From an uncultured delta proteobacterium (GTDB lineage: Bacteria > Desulfobacterota > Binatia > UBA9968), in contig CAWJBB010000040.1 of NCBI GenBank assembly GCA_963840855.1, forward strand, positions 96,001 through 160,000: 64,000 nucleotides of DNA, read 5' to 3'. The notes under the pieces are model-generated. The model was given only the letters and a program-made list of their open reading frames with translations, had not been told where the DNA came from and did no database searches. Both the position numbers and the translations under genes were made by a program. This document shows positions 20,585 to 30,867 of this stretch, piece after piece; the first letter of the stretch is position 1, and each line of letters opens with the position of its first letter.

Positions 20585-21481
20585 TTACACATTCCTGAGT
20601 TTGGGATCCAGGTGATCTCGGAGCCAATCACCCAACAGGTTGAGGGACAGCACGGTCAGCATAATGGCCAGTCCCGGGAACATCGACACCCACCACGCGG
20701 TGACGATCAACTCGCGCCCATCCGCGATCATGAGACCCCACGCCGGTGTGGGACGAGGAAGCCCGGCCCCGAGAAAACTCAGTGTGGACTCGAGCAGAAT
20801 TACGTATCCCACCTGGAGGGTGGCTAGGACCACCAGGGAGTTGACGACGTTGGGAAAGATATAGCGGACCATGATGCGGATATGGGAAGCCCCGGCTACC
20901 CGCGCCCTGGCGATGAAGTCCCGCTCCTTGATGCTGAGAGTCTCTCCGCGGACCAGCCGGGCATAGCGCGCCCAGAGAAATATCATCAGGATGGTGATCA
21001 CCGTGCCGAAGCTCGGGCCCACCGCGGCGACCAGGACCAGAGCCAGCAAGATCGTCGGCAAAGACAGTGAGATGTCCACCAGGCGCATGAGCAGCGCGTC
21101 CACCCAACCTCCGAAGTAGCCGGAGATCATCCCCAGAACGGTGCCGATGATGCCACCGACGAAGATCGCGACCAGGGACACCATGAGGGAGACCCTGGCG
21201 CCGTGGATGATCCGGCTTAGCATGTCGCGTCCGAGCTTATCGGTGCCCAGGGGATACTCGATGGTGCCGCCCTCCTGCCAGGCGGGCGGCTTCAACCGCT
21301 TGGACAGGGACCCTTTCAAGGGGTCGTAAGGCGCGACCTGCGACGCGAACAATGCGGGGATCACCAGGAGGAACGTGAGGAGCGCGAGCGGTACCAGAGG
21401 ATACCGTCCGACCTGACCCATTGCCTGCGCAACTCTGGGCGGCGCATACCAGGGGAGGGTGCTTACTGTTTCTGTCGCCAT
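20585..21481 (-). CDS. ABC transporter permease (OppC/DppC-like)
   Basis: [30 protein letters not shown]. Confidence 0.95.
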   Translation of the reverse strand: MATETVSTLPWYAPPRVAQAMGQVGRYPLVPLALLTFLLVIPALFASQVAPYDPLKGSLSKRLKPPAWQEGGTIEYPLGTDKLGRDMLSRIIHGARVSLMVSLVAIFVGGIIGTVLGMISGYFGGWVDALLMRLVDISLSLPTILLALVLVAAVGPSFGTVITILMIFLWARYARLVRGETLSIKERDFIARARVAGASHIRIMVRYIFPNVVNSLVVLATLQVGYVILLESTLSFLGAGLPRPTPAWGLMIADGRELIVTAWWVSMFPGLAIMLTVLSLNLLGDWLRDHLDPKLRNV

Positions 21482-21502
21482 GATCGGACTCCTTTACTGT
21501 CG

Positions 21503-22423
21503 CTATTGATAGCGAATGCGCGGGTCGAGATAGGCATAGAGAATATCGACCACCAGGTTAGTAAGAATGAAGATCCCGGCAAACACGATCACGACGGCCT
21601 GGACCACCTGGAAGTCCCTGGCCCTAACGGCATCCACCACGAGCTGCCCGGTGCCCGGCCAGGAAAAGACGCTCTCGGTCACCACCGCGCCAGTCATCAG
21701 GCCTCCGGCGATGATCGCGAAGACGGTCAGGGGAGTGATCGACGCATTGCGCAAACAGTGCTTCCAGACCACCTTCCACTCCGCGAGGCCTTTGATGCGG
21801 GTGAGCTTCACGAATTCGCTGTCCAGCACATCCAGCATGGACGAGCGGAGCAGCCGCATGACAACGGCCACCTGGAACCAGCCGAGAGTGATGGCGGGGA
21901 GGATCATATGCTGGATTCCCCCTCGCCCGGAGGTCGGGAACCACCCCAGGTGCACGGCGAAGATCCACATCAGCACGATCCCCAACCAGAAGGCGGGCAA
22001 TGACTGGCCAAGCAGGGCGATGATCTTGGCCGCGGTATCCCAGCCGGTGCCTTTCATGACCGCGGCCAGCACACCGATGGGCAGCGCGATCACGAGGCTG
22101 ATAGCGAGAGCGAAGCCGGCGAGTTGGAGGGTCGCCGGCAAGCGTTGCGCCACTAGACCCATGGCCGACTCGCCGTGCCACTTCCAGGAAGCCCCGAAGT
22201 CGCCGCGGACGGCTTTGCTGAGGAATATGAAGTATTGGGTGTGGAGCGGTTGGTCCAGTCCCCAGTGTTTGGAGACCCGCTCGTATTCCTCCGGCCCCGC
22301 CTCCATCGGCAACATCACGTCCAGGGGGTTGCCGCTGATGCGCGCCAGGGTGAACACGATAAGGGTCATCACCCAGATGGCCAACAGACTCTGGAGGGCT
22401 CTTCTCGCGATGTACCGCTGCAT
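21503..22423 (-). CDS. ABC transporter permease (OppB/DppB-like)
   Basis: GLDQPL.TQY, RLPATL, ESVFSWPG, LYAYLDPRIR. Confidence 0.95.
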   Translation of the reverse strand: MQRYIARRALQSLLAIWVMTLIVFTLARISGNPLDVMLPMEAGPEEYERVSKHWGLDQPLHTQYFIFLSKAVRGDFGASWKWHGESAMGLVAQRLPATLQLAGFALAISLVIALPIGVLAAVMKGTGWDTAAKIIALLGQSLPAFWLGIVLMWIFAVHLGWFPTSGRGGIQHMILPAITLGWFQVAVVMRLLRSSMLDVLDSEFVKLTRIKGLAEWKVVWKHCLRNASITPLTVFAIIAGGLMTGAVVTESVFSWPGTGQLVVDAVRARDFQVVQAVVIVFAGIFILTNLVVDILYAYLDPRIRYQ

Positions 22424-22670
22424 GAATTCCTCCTGCACCGGCAGGCGTTGCCCGCCAACCTTGCTACGCGGGCATCGAGCGCTAGGAGTTCCGGGCCTTC
22501 GAAACCCGGATTGTGCAACGCCTCTCGGAGAAGGCGTGCATTAACTGGAGAGAGAATCCCAGGTCGACGCGGGTGACAGGACCGCGCGCTGCGCCTTAAG
22601 AGAGCTTACCTTCGATCCATCCTACAACCAGTGGATCTAAACCCCCTTACTCCAATCGGGAGTAGATGTC

Positions 22671-22918
22671 TAGCCCCGGATTATTCATAAGATTACGTCC
22701 GAGGAGCAAACCTCTCTGGTCGCGGCCAATGGGTCTGTACCTTGAGGAGGTCGGCTAACTTAATTAGTTCCGCAACCATCGAGGAGAAACGCAAACTACT
22801 GCCAAGCACCCCACGAGTCGGCGAAACTTTGCACTCCTGTGTCCGCTCTCTACGAGGCTTGCTCCTCGGCCTACACTCCGTCGCAGGTTTTCCTCGGGGC
22901 ATGAATAATCCGGGGCTA
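22671..22918. mobile_element. 248-bp MITE with 18-bp TIRs
   Basis: TAGCCCCGGATTATTCAT ... ATGAATAATCCGGGGCTA; internal inverted ccgaggagcaa / ttgctcctcgg. Confidence 0.8.
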
Positions 22919-23036
22919 CCCTATGTTCGAGTCGGTCTCAATAGATTTGGAGCCGTTTTCAATCTCGATCTTTGAAAGTTCTTTCCTTGGCCATCTTGAC
23001 TTCCATCACAGGCGGCTCCGACTCACTCCGGAATGA

Positions 23037-23173
23037 AGCTCCTCGGAGCAAAGCTCCGAGGTATCTTGCGAAATTCTCCGAAGCCCTTCCACCCTCCTTC
23101 GCCAAGGCTACGGAGGGTTCTCCTCACCTTCATCCTCGCAGCAAGCTGCGAGGTATTCGGCGAAGGAGAATAA
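23037..23173 (+). mobile_element. ~137 bp double-hairpin element, copy 2
   Basis: Near-identical to 3663-3801. Confidence 0.85.
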
Positions 23174-23394
23174 CTACTTTGTCTGTTGATGATCAGCGCG
23201 GCACAATCAGATCCGCGACTGACACTTTTAGTGCGGTCGCGATTCTTTTTATAGTCTCAACGGTGGCGCCGTCAAGGGAGAATTGACGCTTTCTCGCAGG
23301 CTGGATATTTTCTCTGCCTCGGAGTATGGAGGAGCTAATTAATTGGGAGCAGGAAGGCTAAAAAGTATCGCAGCATCAAGTTAAGGAGTGCACC

Positions 23395-24259
23395 GTGCAA
23401 AAGTTCAGCGAGCTCATGCGAGGGAAAGAACTCATCGTCGCTCCGGTGGCGCTCAATCCGATCATGGCTCGGCTCGCCGAGGAGGCGGGATTCAAAGCAG
23501 TCTATCTCAGCGGCGGGTCCCTCGGCTGGCTGAAATGCGTCACCGAGGCCAATCTGACGCTTCCGGAGCTCGCCGCCGTGGCGCTCGACATGCGCGCCGT
23601 GTGCCCATTGCCGATCGTCCTGGATGCGGGCGGCGGCTGGGGCGATCCCGTGCACGTGCACCGCACCATCGCCCTCGCCGAAGCGGCGGGCTTCGCCGCC
23701 ATCGAAATCGAAGACCAGCTGCTGCCGCGCCGCGTCGAGCATCACGTCGGCGTCGACCATCTGATTCCGACCGAACTGATGCTGAAGAAAATCGCCGAGG
23801 CGGTCGCGGCCCGCACCGATCCCGATTTCGTCATCATCGCCCGGACGAACGCAAGGCGGGTTTACGATCTCGACGAGGCGTTGCGCCGGGCGGAAGCCTT
23901 TCGCAAAGCGGGCGCCGACATGCTGTTCGTCCACACGCGCGATGCCGAGGAAATGCGCGTCGTCGGCGAGCGCCTGCCGCCGCCGCTGATGACCTTCGCG
24001 CCGCCGGACGGATTCTCCGGATTCCCCTACTCGCCGCGCGATCTCGCCGGTCTCGGCTATCGCCTCGCCGCATCATCCGGCACCGCTTTCGCGGCGATGG
24101 TCAAAGCCGTGCGCCAGTCCTATGAGTGTCTGGCGCTGGGGAAAATGGATCCCTTTCCTGGGTCCAGGCGGCGCCGACAAGGAAATGAAGGCCGCGCAGA
24201 CGACCTGCGGTCTCGAGCATCTGTTGCAAATCGAACGGCGCACCATGAAGGATCATTGA
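23395..24259 (+). CDS. Isocitrate lyase/PEP mutase family enzyme; frameshift near 24155
   Basis: AGFKAVYLSGGS, LDAGGGWG, IEIEDQ, IIARTNA, AGADMLF; the natural C-terminus (LGPGGADKEMKAAQTTCGLEHLLQIERRTMKDH*) is in a shifted frame. Confidence 0.85.
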
Positions 24260-24320
24260 GTTGGAATATTCACCACAGCGACCCAGCGCGGCAGAGCCGC
24301 AACCAAAGAAAAATGGATAT

Positions 24321-24416
24321 CACCACGAAGGAGCACACGAAGAGCACGAAGGAAGAAGTTTTTTTCAACATTCAATGCCTTCTCCGGTCTTCGTGTCCTT
24401 CGTGACCTTCGTGGTG
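24321..24416. repeat. Inverted pair of 9-mer arrays (CACGAAG / CTTCGTG)
   Basis: caccacgaaggagcacacgaagagcacgaag ... cttcgtgtccttcgtgaccttcgtggtg. Confidence 0.8.
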
Positions 24417-24511
24417 CGAGTATCTTTGGCAAGTGCTGCATACACGATGAATAGTGTCGAGACAGTTTGCGCGAGCAGCGAAAACTTTCAAGCATAAAGG
24501 ATGGGCGTGCA

Positions 24512-25663
24512 GTGAAGCAGGGCTTTAAGGTCATGGACAGTGACATTCATGTGCGGGAGCCGCATGATCTGTGGGCCAGGTATATCGAGCCACAGTTCAA
24601 AGAGCGCGCCCCGCAGTTTACCAATATCCCGGATGGCTCGAGCCCGGGCGTGTGGCGTTTTGAGGGCAAGGTGTTTCCTGCCTACATCGATCGCCCGGAA
24701 CGCCAGCGCCTGGCCAAAGTCCGACGGCAGAAGTCGCACGACCGCCACGAGGAGCTTGGACGCGAGGTTGGCTCTGAAGAAGAGCGCCGCGGTGAAGACC
24801 CGGAGGCGATGCTGCACGCGATGGACGTGGAAGGCATCGACGTCTCCATCGTGTTTCGCACACGCGCCGCCCATGTAGTTGCCGTAGATGGCTTGGACCC
24901 AGAACTTACCGCCGCGGTCTGCCGTGCCTTTAACAACTGGCTCGCCGACTTCTGCAACACCAACCGAGCGCGCCTAAAACCCGCCGCTCTCTTACCGGTG
25001 CATGACGTAAAGCTTGCAGCGGCAGAGGCGCGGCGCAGCGTCAAGGAATCAGGAGCTGTGGCGCTGGTATTGCCCAACCAACAGGTCAACGGGCGGCCGT
25101 GGTACGACCGCTATTACGATCCCCTGTGGGCCGAAGCGGAAAGACTGCACGTACCCGTTGCCTTTCACGGCATCCAGATGGCCTACCAGGAGCATTTGGG
25201 AAGGCGTTACCTCGACAACTTCGCTATGGCGCACGCCGTGGGCCATCCAGTGGAGATGATGCTGGCGTTGGGGAGTATGTTGACAGGCGGAGTTTTCGAA
25301 CGTTTTCCGGGATTGACCGCCGCCTTTCTGGAGGGGAGCTGTAGCTGGGTGCCGTGGTGGCTATGGTGTTTAGACGAGCGCGTCGAGAAGTTCGGCGACG
25401 ACGAACGATTCCCGTTAAAGATGCCGCCCAGCGAATATTTTCGACGCCACTGCTATGTCTCGGTCGATCCGGATGAGGCGGTCGTGCGGTACACCATTGA
25501 CGCCATGGGTGATGAGAACATCGTCATTTCCACCGATTGGCCGCATGACGACTCCGCCTATCCGCGCGCCATCGAGACATTTTTGCAACTTGACGGGGTT
25601 AGCGAGGCGAGCAAGCGTAAGATTCTGTGGGACAACTGCGCGCGCCTCTATAACATCCAATAA
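24512..25663 (+). CDS. Amidohydrolase_2-family metal-dependent hydrolase
   Basis: DSDIHVREP, MDVEGID, FNNWL, VAFHG, FLEG, STDWPHDD. Confidence 0.92.
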   Translation: MKQGFKVMDSDIHVREPHDLWARYIEPQFKERAPQFTNIPDGSSPGVWRFEGKVFPAYIDRPERQRLAKVRRQKSHDRHEELGREVGSEEERRGEDPEAMLHAMDVEGIDVSIVFRTRAAHVVAVDGLDPELTAAVCRAFNNWLADFCNTNRARLKPAALLPVHDVKLAAAEARRSVKESGAVALVLPNQQVNGRPWYDRYYDPLWAEAERLHVPVAFHGIQMAYQEHLGRRYLDNFAMAHAVGHPVEMMLALGSMLTGGVFERFPGLTAAFLEGSCSWVPWWLWCLDERVEKFGDDERFPLKMPPSEYFRRHCYVSVDPDEAVVRYTIDAMGDENIVISTDWPHDDSAYPRAIETFLQLDGVSEASKRKILWDNCARLYNIQ

Positions 25664-25728
25664 ACCTTAGCCGAACGTATTTGAATTTTTCGGTTGAGTT
25701 TGGCCTGGCACAATAGGAAAAGAAATGA

Positions 25729-25830
25729 CTCGCGCAAAGACGCAAAGGCGCCAAGTTTGGAGAAAAAAATATTCTTAACTTTGCGGCTTGGCGTCCCTTC
25801 GACGTGGCTCAGGACATGCTTGGCGCGATA
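25729..25830. repeat. Inverted 9-mer arrays with an embedded REP-like unit
   Basis: ctcgcgcaaagacgcaaaggcgccaag ... ctttgcggcttggcgt-cccttcgacgtggctcaggacatg-cttggcgcga. Confidence 0.7.
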
Positions 25831-25871
25831 AATTTTCTGGCAGTCGTTTCTTTGACACTTTTCGAGCCAAC

Positions 25872-25950
25872 CGCCTTCGCCAAGGCTGGAGGGTTCTCCT
25901 CACCTTCATCCTCGCCCCAAGCTGCGAGGTATTCGGCGCAGGAGAATAAA
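25872..25950 (+). mobile_element. Right half of the double-hairpin element (partial copy)
   Basis: ccttcgccaaggctggagggttctcctcaccttcatcctcgccccaagctgcgaggtattcggcgcaggagaataaa. Confidence 0.8.
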
Positions 25951-26006
25951 TTTTCTTGCAGTCGTTTGTTTAACACTTCGTAGACTACGGCATTGGGAGG
26001 ACTGAT

Positions 26007-27149
26007 ATGCGCTACACCCGAATCTCTGCCGACTGCCACGTCGATCTCTGCTGGCTGCCGCCCGATCTTTTCACTTCGAACGCCTCGGCGGCGATGAAGG
26101 ACCGCATGCCCTACGTCACGGACGGCCCCAAGGGGCCGGTGTGGGTGACGAAGAAGGGCGCGAACCTCGGGCTCGTGAACGGCATGGGGTCGGCGGGGCG
26201 CGAATACGTCCCTGGCAAAATCCAACGCTCCGACCGCATGGCTGCCACCGGTCTCTACGAGGACGGCAAGCGCGGCATCCGGAGGCTCACCGACCCGGAG
26301 TTGCGCTTGAAAGATCAGGAGCGCGACGGCGTGCAGGCGGAGGTGCTCTACGGGATCCTCGGCGCCACCCGGCGACTGAATGACGCCGAGGCCGCCGTCG
26401 AACTGGTGCGGATCTACAATGAATGGCTGGCCGACTTCTGCGACGCCCACCCCGACCGCTACGCGGGGCTCGCCTGCATCCCTAACTCCCCCGTTGAGGC
26501 TGCTGTAAAAGAGATGAGGCGCGTGATCAAGCGCGGCGGCGTGCGCGGTCTCGAGATCGCCAACTCGTATGACATGGTGCCGCTCTGGGATCCCCAATGG
26601 AATCCGGTCTGGGAGGTCGCCAACGAGGCCGCCTTGCCGGTACACTTCCATACCATAGGGGAGCGGCGGCCGGACCTCGAGAAGCTGCCGCCCCAACTCG
26701 CGCGCGTGGAGCACGCAGTCCACATCTCCGGCTTCCAGATATACATGGCCACGACGTTGTTATCGGTCATCTTCAGCGGCGTGCTCGAGCGTTACCCCAA
26801 CGTCAAGATCGTCATCGGCGAGAGCGGGATCGGCTGGATTCCCTACGTGCTGGACCGCATGGACGCGGAGTGGGAGGATCAATTCAAGGACTTGAGCCTC
26901 ACCATGCGGCCGAGCGAATACTGGCGTCGACAGTGCCGGGCCACCTACCAGACTGATCGCATCGGCATCAAGCTCCTCGACGACCTGGGGCACGATACCA
27001 TCATGTGGGGCTCGGACTTCCCTCACCCGGACGGGATATGGCCCGACTCGAGCGAGTTCATCGAGCGCGAGCTGGGCCACCTGCCCGCGGAGGTGCGCCA
27101 CAAAGTCGTCTGTGAGAATGCCGGCAAGCTGTACGGGTTCATTGGGTAG
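26007..27149 (+). CDS. Amidohydrolase_2-family metal-dependent hydrolase
   Basis: ISADCHVD, YNEWL, VHFH, GESGIGW, WGSDFPHPD. Confidence 0.93.
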   Translation: MRYTRISADCHVDLCWLPPDLFTSNASAAMKDRMPYVTDGPKGPVWVTKKGANLGLVNGMGSAGREYVPGKIQRSDRMAATGLYEDGKRGIRRLTDPELRLKDQERDGVQAEVLYGILGATRRLNDAEAAVELVRIYNEWLADFCDAHPDRYAGLACIPNSPVEAAVKEMRRVIKRGGVRGLEIANSYDMVPLWDPQWNPVWEVANEAALPVHFHTIGERRPDLEKLPPQLARVEHAVHISGFQIYMATTLLSVIFSGVLERYPNVKIVIGESGIGWIPYVLDRMDAEWEDQFKDLSLTMRPSEYWRRQCRATYQTDRIGIKLLDDLGHDTIMWGSDFPHPDGIWPDSSEFIERELGHLPAEVRHKVVCENAGKLYGFIG

Positions 27150-27166
27150 GAACGAACTCTGCGTCG

Positions 27167-27253
27167 GTTCAAAGTTCAACGTTCAAAGTTCAGGGATAGC
27201 GGTCATGAGGTTCAAATTAAGGACCGAAACACGTTGAACATTGAACCTTGAAC
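27167..27253. repeat. Inverted pair of heptamer arrays
   Basis: gttcaaagttcaacgttcaaagttcagg ... gttgaacattgaaccttgaac. Confidence 0.8.
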
Positions 27254-27323
27254 TACGACGTACAGGCTCATCACCTTCGACTCGGAAGGGTCACCGATCA
27301 TCGGGGCCTCCCTGGCTGGACGG

Positions 27324-28383
27324 TCATTCTCCTAAGAGTTTTTTGAGCCCTTGAACAACTTCAGGCGGCTGCGCGACAACCTCTTTGGCCAGCGATTGAA
27401 GCTCCTCGCCGGCTAAGGGCTCGACCGGCCATCCGCTCTTTTTCGTCTGAGCTAAAACCTCTGGGTCTCTAAACGTTTTGTTCAGGCCTCACGCAATATT
27501 TTTACCCGCTCCGCAGGGACACCGGGAGGAGCCACTATTGGCCGCCCAAACTCGCCCGGCGCCAAGATTAGCGTTGCCAGCCGGCGCCCCACTTCGGGGG
27601 TTTTGTATCGATCCATGAGCTCATGAATAGTTGGGACTTCCGGCAGTGAAGTACTTCCGTTTTCGTCCCGTCTGAGACGAGCGGACGGACAAATCCGTTT
27701 TTTCCCCAGGTAAGGAAAGGCTCGCGACCGAAGTATGCTGTGACGGTGACCGTTCGACAATGCATCTCGCCCCGCTCGATGGCAAGGTCAACATCCGTTG
27801 CGCCCTGATAGCCGGCGACAATAGTAAATTTCGCGGCCAGGGTCTCTTCCATGAGCTTCGGTATTTGATAGAAATGCGAGCCCGTCCCCGGGGCGCCGCA
27901 CTTGGGTGGCTCCGTGGCTTTACGTATATCGTCGATGCTTTTGTAAGGGCTATCCCCGCGCATAATAAAGACGTAGTCGTATTGCTCCGGCGTGCCGATC
28001 CAATTGAATTTCGCCCAGTCGAATTGAACCTCCTTTCGACCGACAATCTGGTCCATATATATCGACGGAGTAAAACTGCCGAGAGTCAGCCCGTCCGGTT
28101 TGGCGACGTTGTAAACATAATTAGCCGCGATCACCCCGCCCGCCCCTGGCATGTTTTGCACGACGATGCCGGGGTTGCCGGCGATGTGCTTTCCCATGTG
28201 GTCGGCGATCAGGCGCGGCCAAAGATCAGCAAGAGACCCCGCCTGGGTCCCCGCGATGAGCCTTATGGACTTTCCTTGGTAGAAAGGTTGCTGCGCATGG
28301 ATAGTGGGGCTAAAGACCCAATTCGTTGCAAGGAAGAATGAGAGTAATAGGATAATGGCCCCGCCTATTGCAGATTTTTTCAT
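27324..28383 (-). pseudogene. Bug/TctC tripartite tricarboxylate transporter binding protein, frameshifted
   Basis: QQPFYQGKSI, QNMPGAGG, AKPDGLT, AIERGE; the C-terminus (GRPIVAPPGVPAERVKILREA...KKLLGE*) is in other frames. Confidence 0.85.
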
Positions 28384-28422
28384 GGCAACCTCCTGCTTTT
28401 AGTTCGGAGAGGAGAAGCCTAA

Positions 28423-28589
28423 GTGAAAGGAAAATGCTTTTGGGAAGTAGCCGCCGAGATATCACAAACCGCCTCCGTGACCGCGCGCTAGAGCCGGTTC
28501 AAGATGCCGATGCAGTGCCAAAGATAACGGACTAACCCTGGATCGCCATTTCGGGGCGGAGCCTATCCGATAAGGCACTGTTATGTCAA
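28423..28589 (-). promoter_or_regulatory. Conserved 167-bp promoter-leader module, copy B (upstream of TctC)
   Basis: TTGACA-18 bp-TAGGCT ... AAGCATTTTCCTTTCAC. Confidence 0.65.
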
Positions 28590-28733
28590 TCTTCTGTGGG
28601 CAGTGTCGAAGCAACATCCGATCCCCATCATGATGCGGTCGGCGCCAGCCACGCTGAGAAGATCAGTCACCATGGCTTCGGAGAAAATTTGACAACTGCG
28701 TAGAGCGGATCTCCAGCGCCGGCACACCGAGAT

Positions 28734-30110
28734 TTACGCCGTCACATCCGCCAAAGTGAGGCTCGCCATGAGCGATTTCAGGTTCGGTAGTTCTTCCAGG
28801 TGCGCGATATGCTGCATGGCTTCCTGGATCTGCCCGTCTGGCAACACCGTTACAGCGCAGTCTTGGAACTTGGCCACGAGTTCGGCCCATGTCAGCGGGA
28901 GATCTGGATCGCCTTTCGGAACTTCGATGCGCTGGTGCCGCCTCGCGCCACTGTGCAACAGGACCTCCACGACATCTGGACCAGGCGTATCCCAGTTGAT
29001 TTTGTCCTGATCTGGATGCGTCAGGCGTACACGCTGCATCAACGCCTGGGCGCGGGGATCTTGCACGCTGGCGTCCGAGAATTGCGCCAGGCCCAACTTG
29101 CCGTGCAAGAGCGCCGCAGCCAGGCAGTACTCCATGCTAAACTTCCCCGCCAAACCCGTTTGCGGCTGGTGGTGGACGAGAAAATCGCGCATGCGCGCGC
29201 TGGTGTGGCAGATGATTTCACTGACGTCGTCGGGCTGCAGGTGGTACATATGCACCAGGTGGAGCATAGCATCAATGGCGCGGTGTGCCTGGCGACAGGC
29301 AGGATAGGGTTTCACGCCGATTCCCGGCGTGATGATCTCATACGGCGCACCAAAATCCTGTATAACCGTCTCGGGGACGAACTCCCCTTCACCGACGAAG
29401 ACGTTGAAGAAGCTAAAACGGCCGTCGAGGATATGCGGATCGGCCGTGAATCCCCGCTGCGCTAGTTGCGCCGCTTCCACTCCATTGCGCGCTGCCTCAC
29501 CAGCATGCAGTGGCTTTGTCATGGTGCCGAAGTTCTGCCGCAACCCGGCGGCTTTCGAGGCCGCGATCCCAAGCGCCATCTGTACCTGTGGACCGGTCAA
29601 CCCTAAGAGTTTCGCCGCCGCTGCCACTGCGCCTAGGGTGCCAATCGTGGCCGTCGGATGCCAGCCGTGACGCAGATGCGCGGCAGTCATAGCCTTGCCG
29701 ATTTTCGCTTCAACCTCCACCCCGATCACAAACGCCGTGATGACGTCCTTGCCACTCGCAACCAGGGTCTGCCCGAGCGCTAGCACCGCTGGGACCACAG
29801 GCGCGCTGGGATGTCCTCGCAGATGAAAGGTCACGTCGTCAAAGTCCAAAGCATGCCCGAGCGTGCCATTCGCCAAGGCCGCAAGGGCGGGCGATGTGTA
29901 AAGAGATGTGCCCAGGATGGCGGCTTCCTGATGGCCACCGGCGTCTTTGACAAATGCGGTAATGATTTGGCCCGCGGCCTCTCCATGTCCGGCCAGCGTG
30001 ACGCCGATGATGTCGAGAAGCGCCCGCTTTGCCTGGGTCACCGCACTGGCGGGCAGTTGCTCATACGTGGTCTCCGCAATCAGTTGCGCGAGCCGTTCAG
30101 TGATTGCCAT
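28734..30110 (-). CDS. MmgE/PrpD family protein
   Basis: GHALDFDD, GHPS, GWHPT, TMTKPLHAG, KPYPAC, GKFS. Confidence 0.93.
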   Translation of the reverse strand: MAITERLAQLIAETTYEQLPASAVTQAKRALLDIIGVTLAGHGEAAGQIITAFVKDAGGHQEAAILGTSLYTSPALAALANGTLGHALDFDDVTFHLRGHPSAPVVPAVLALGQTLVASGKDVITAFVIGVEVEAKIGKAMTAAHLRHGWHPTATIGTLGAVAAAAKLLGLTGPQVQMALGIAASKAAGLRQNFGTMTKPLHAGEAARNGVEAAQLAQRGFTADPHILDGRFSFFNVFVGEGEFVPETVIQDFGAPYEIITPGIGVKPYPACRQAHRAIDAMLHLVHMYHLQPDDVSEIICHTSARMRDFLVHHQPQTGLAGKFSMEYCLAAALLHGKLGLAQFSDASVQDPRAQALMQRVRLTHPDQDKINWDTPGPDVVEVLLHSGARRHQRIEVPKGDPDLPLTWAELVAKFQDCAVTVLPDGQIQEAMQHIAHLEELPNLKSLMASLTLADVTA

Positions 30111-30259
30111 ACGGTGTCTCTCTCAAGGAAATGCTGCGCTGCTGTGTATCGATTTGTGATGCCTTCATGGCCTTGCACCAGCTAGTCTTGGATAGCCCCT
30201 GCTGTTCGAGTTATCCCTTCAGACGGGTCAACAGTCTTTGCTGGAGGAGATCGAGGAGT

Positions 30260-30772
30260 TCATATGGCGGCGCTGCTGCGGGGCCACCGCTCGGAGAGCC
30301 AGGCGGGCAACGGCTCTCCTGCACTGCTGACGGCCAACTCGCGGTTCTGGTCGCCCCGACCCTCGGGGAAGCGCGCGAGCGCGCCCGGCATCTCGTAGTA
30401 TATCTCCAGGCGGTTTCCGTCGGGGTCGGCAAAGTAGATGCTGCGCTGGTTCACGTGGTCCATCGCGCGCTCGATCCGCACGCCGTGCTGGAGCAAGGTG
30501 CGGTAGGCCTCGCCGAGCGCCTCGTAGCTCGCCACTTGGAAGGCGATGTGTGCGACGCCGACCGGCCGGGCCGGGCCCCTGGCGGTCTCCGGGTTTTCGT
30601 GCTGCGCCATGTCCAGCGTGTGGAAGTCCTCCCCCAGGGTCATGAACAGATCGCCGTGCTTGGGATCCTGCTCGGCGACACGGAAGCCGAGGACGTCACG
30701 GTAAAAGGCCTTCGACCGCTCGAGGTCCGCCACCCGGAGCTGGATATGTCCGAGCTTCTTGAGCCTGATCAT
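30260..30772 (-). CDS. VOC/glyoxalase family protein
   Basis: LGHIQLRVADLERSKAFY, HIAF, SIYFADPDGNRLE. Confidence 0.92.
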   Translation of the reverse strand: MIRLKKLGHIQLRVADLERSKAFYRDVLGFRVAEQDPKHGDLFMTLGEDFHTLDMAQHENPETARGPARPVGVAHIAFQVASYEALGEAYRTLLQHGVRIERAMDHVNQRSIYFADPDGNRLEIYYEMPGALARFPEGRGDQNRELAVSSAGEPLPAWLSERWPRSSAAI

Positions 30773-30798
30773 CGGGGCCTCCGTGTGAGAAAGAAAAA

Positions 30799-30860
30799 AG
30801 GATGAAAGATGAAGTAGGGAGCAAATTGTTTTGAGACTTATCCTTTATCCCTTATCCTTC
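30799..30860. repeat. Inverted pair of heptamer arrays (AGGATGA / TTATCCT)
   Basis: aggatgaaagatgaag ... cttatcctttatcccttatccttc. Confidence 0.65.
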
Positions 30861-30867
30861 GTCTTTG

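Noticed and set aside
12196-22576. Long antisense or alternative-frame ORFs over maiA, dctP, the cyclase and the ABC operon
   Set aside because: Typical shadow ORFs of GC-rich coding DNA, overlapping well-supported genes.
24150-24405. Programmed frameshift, or the 336-aa ORF-track product
   Set aside because: No clear slippery site or stimulator; the extension runs into repeat DNA, so a simple indel is more likely.
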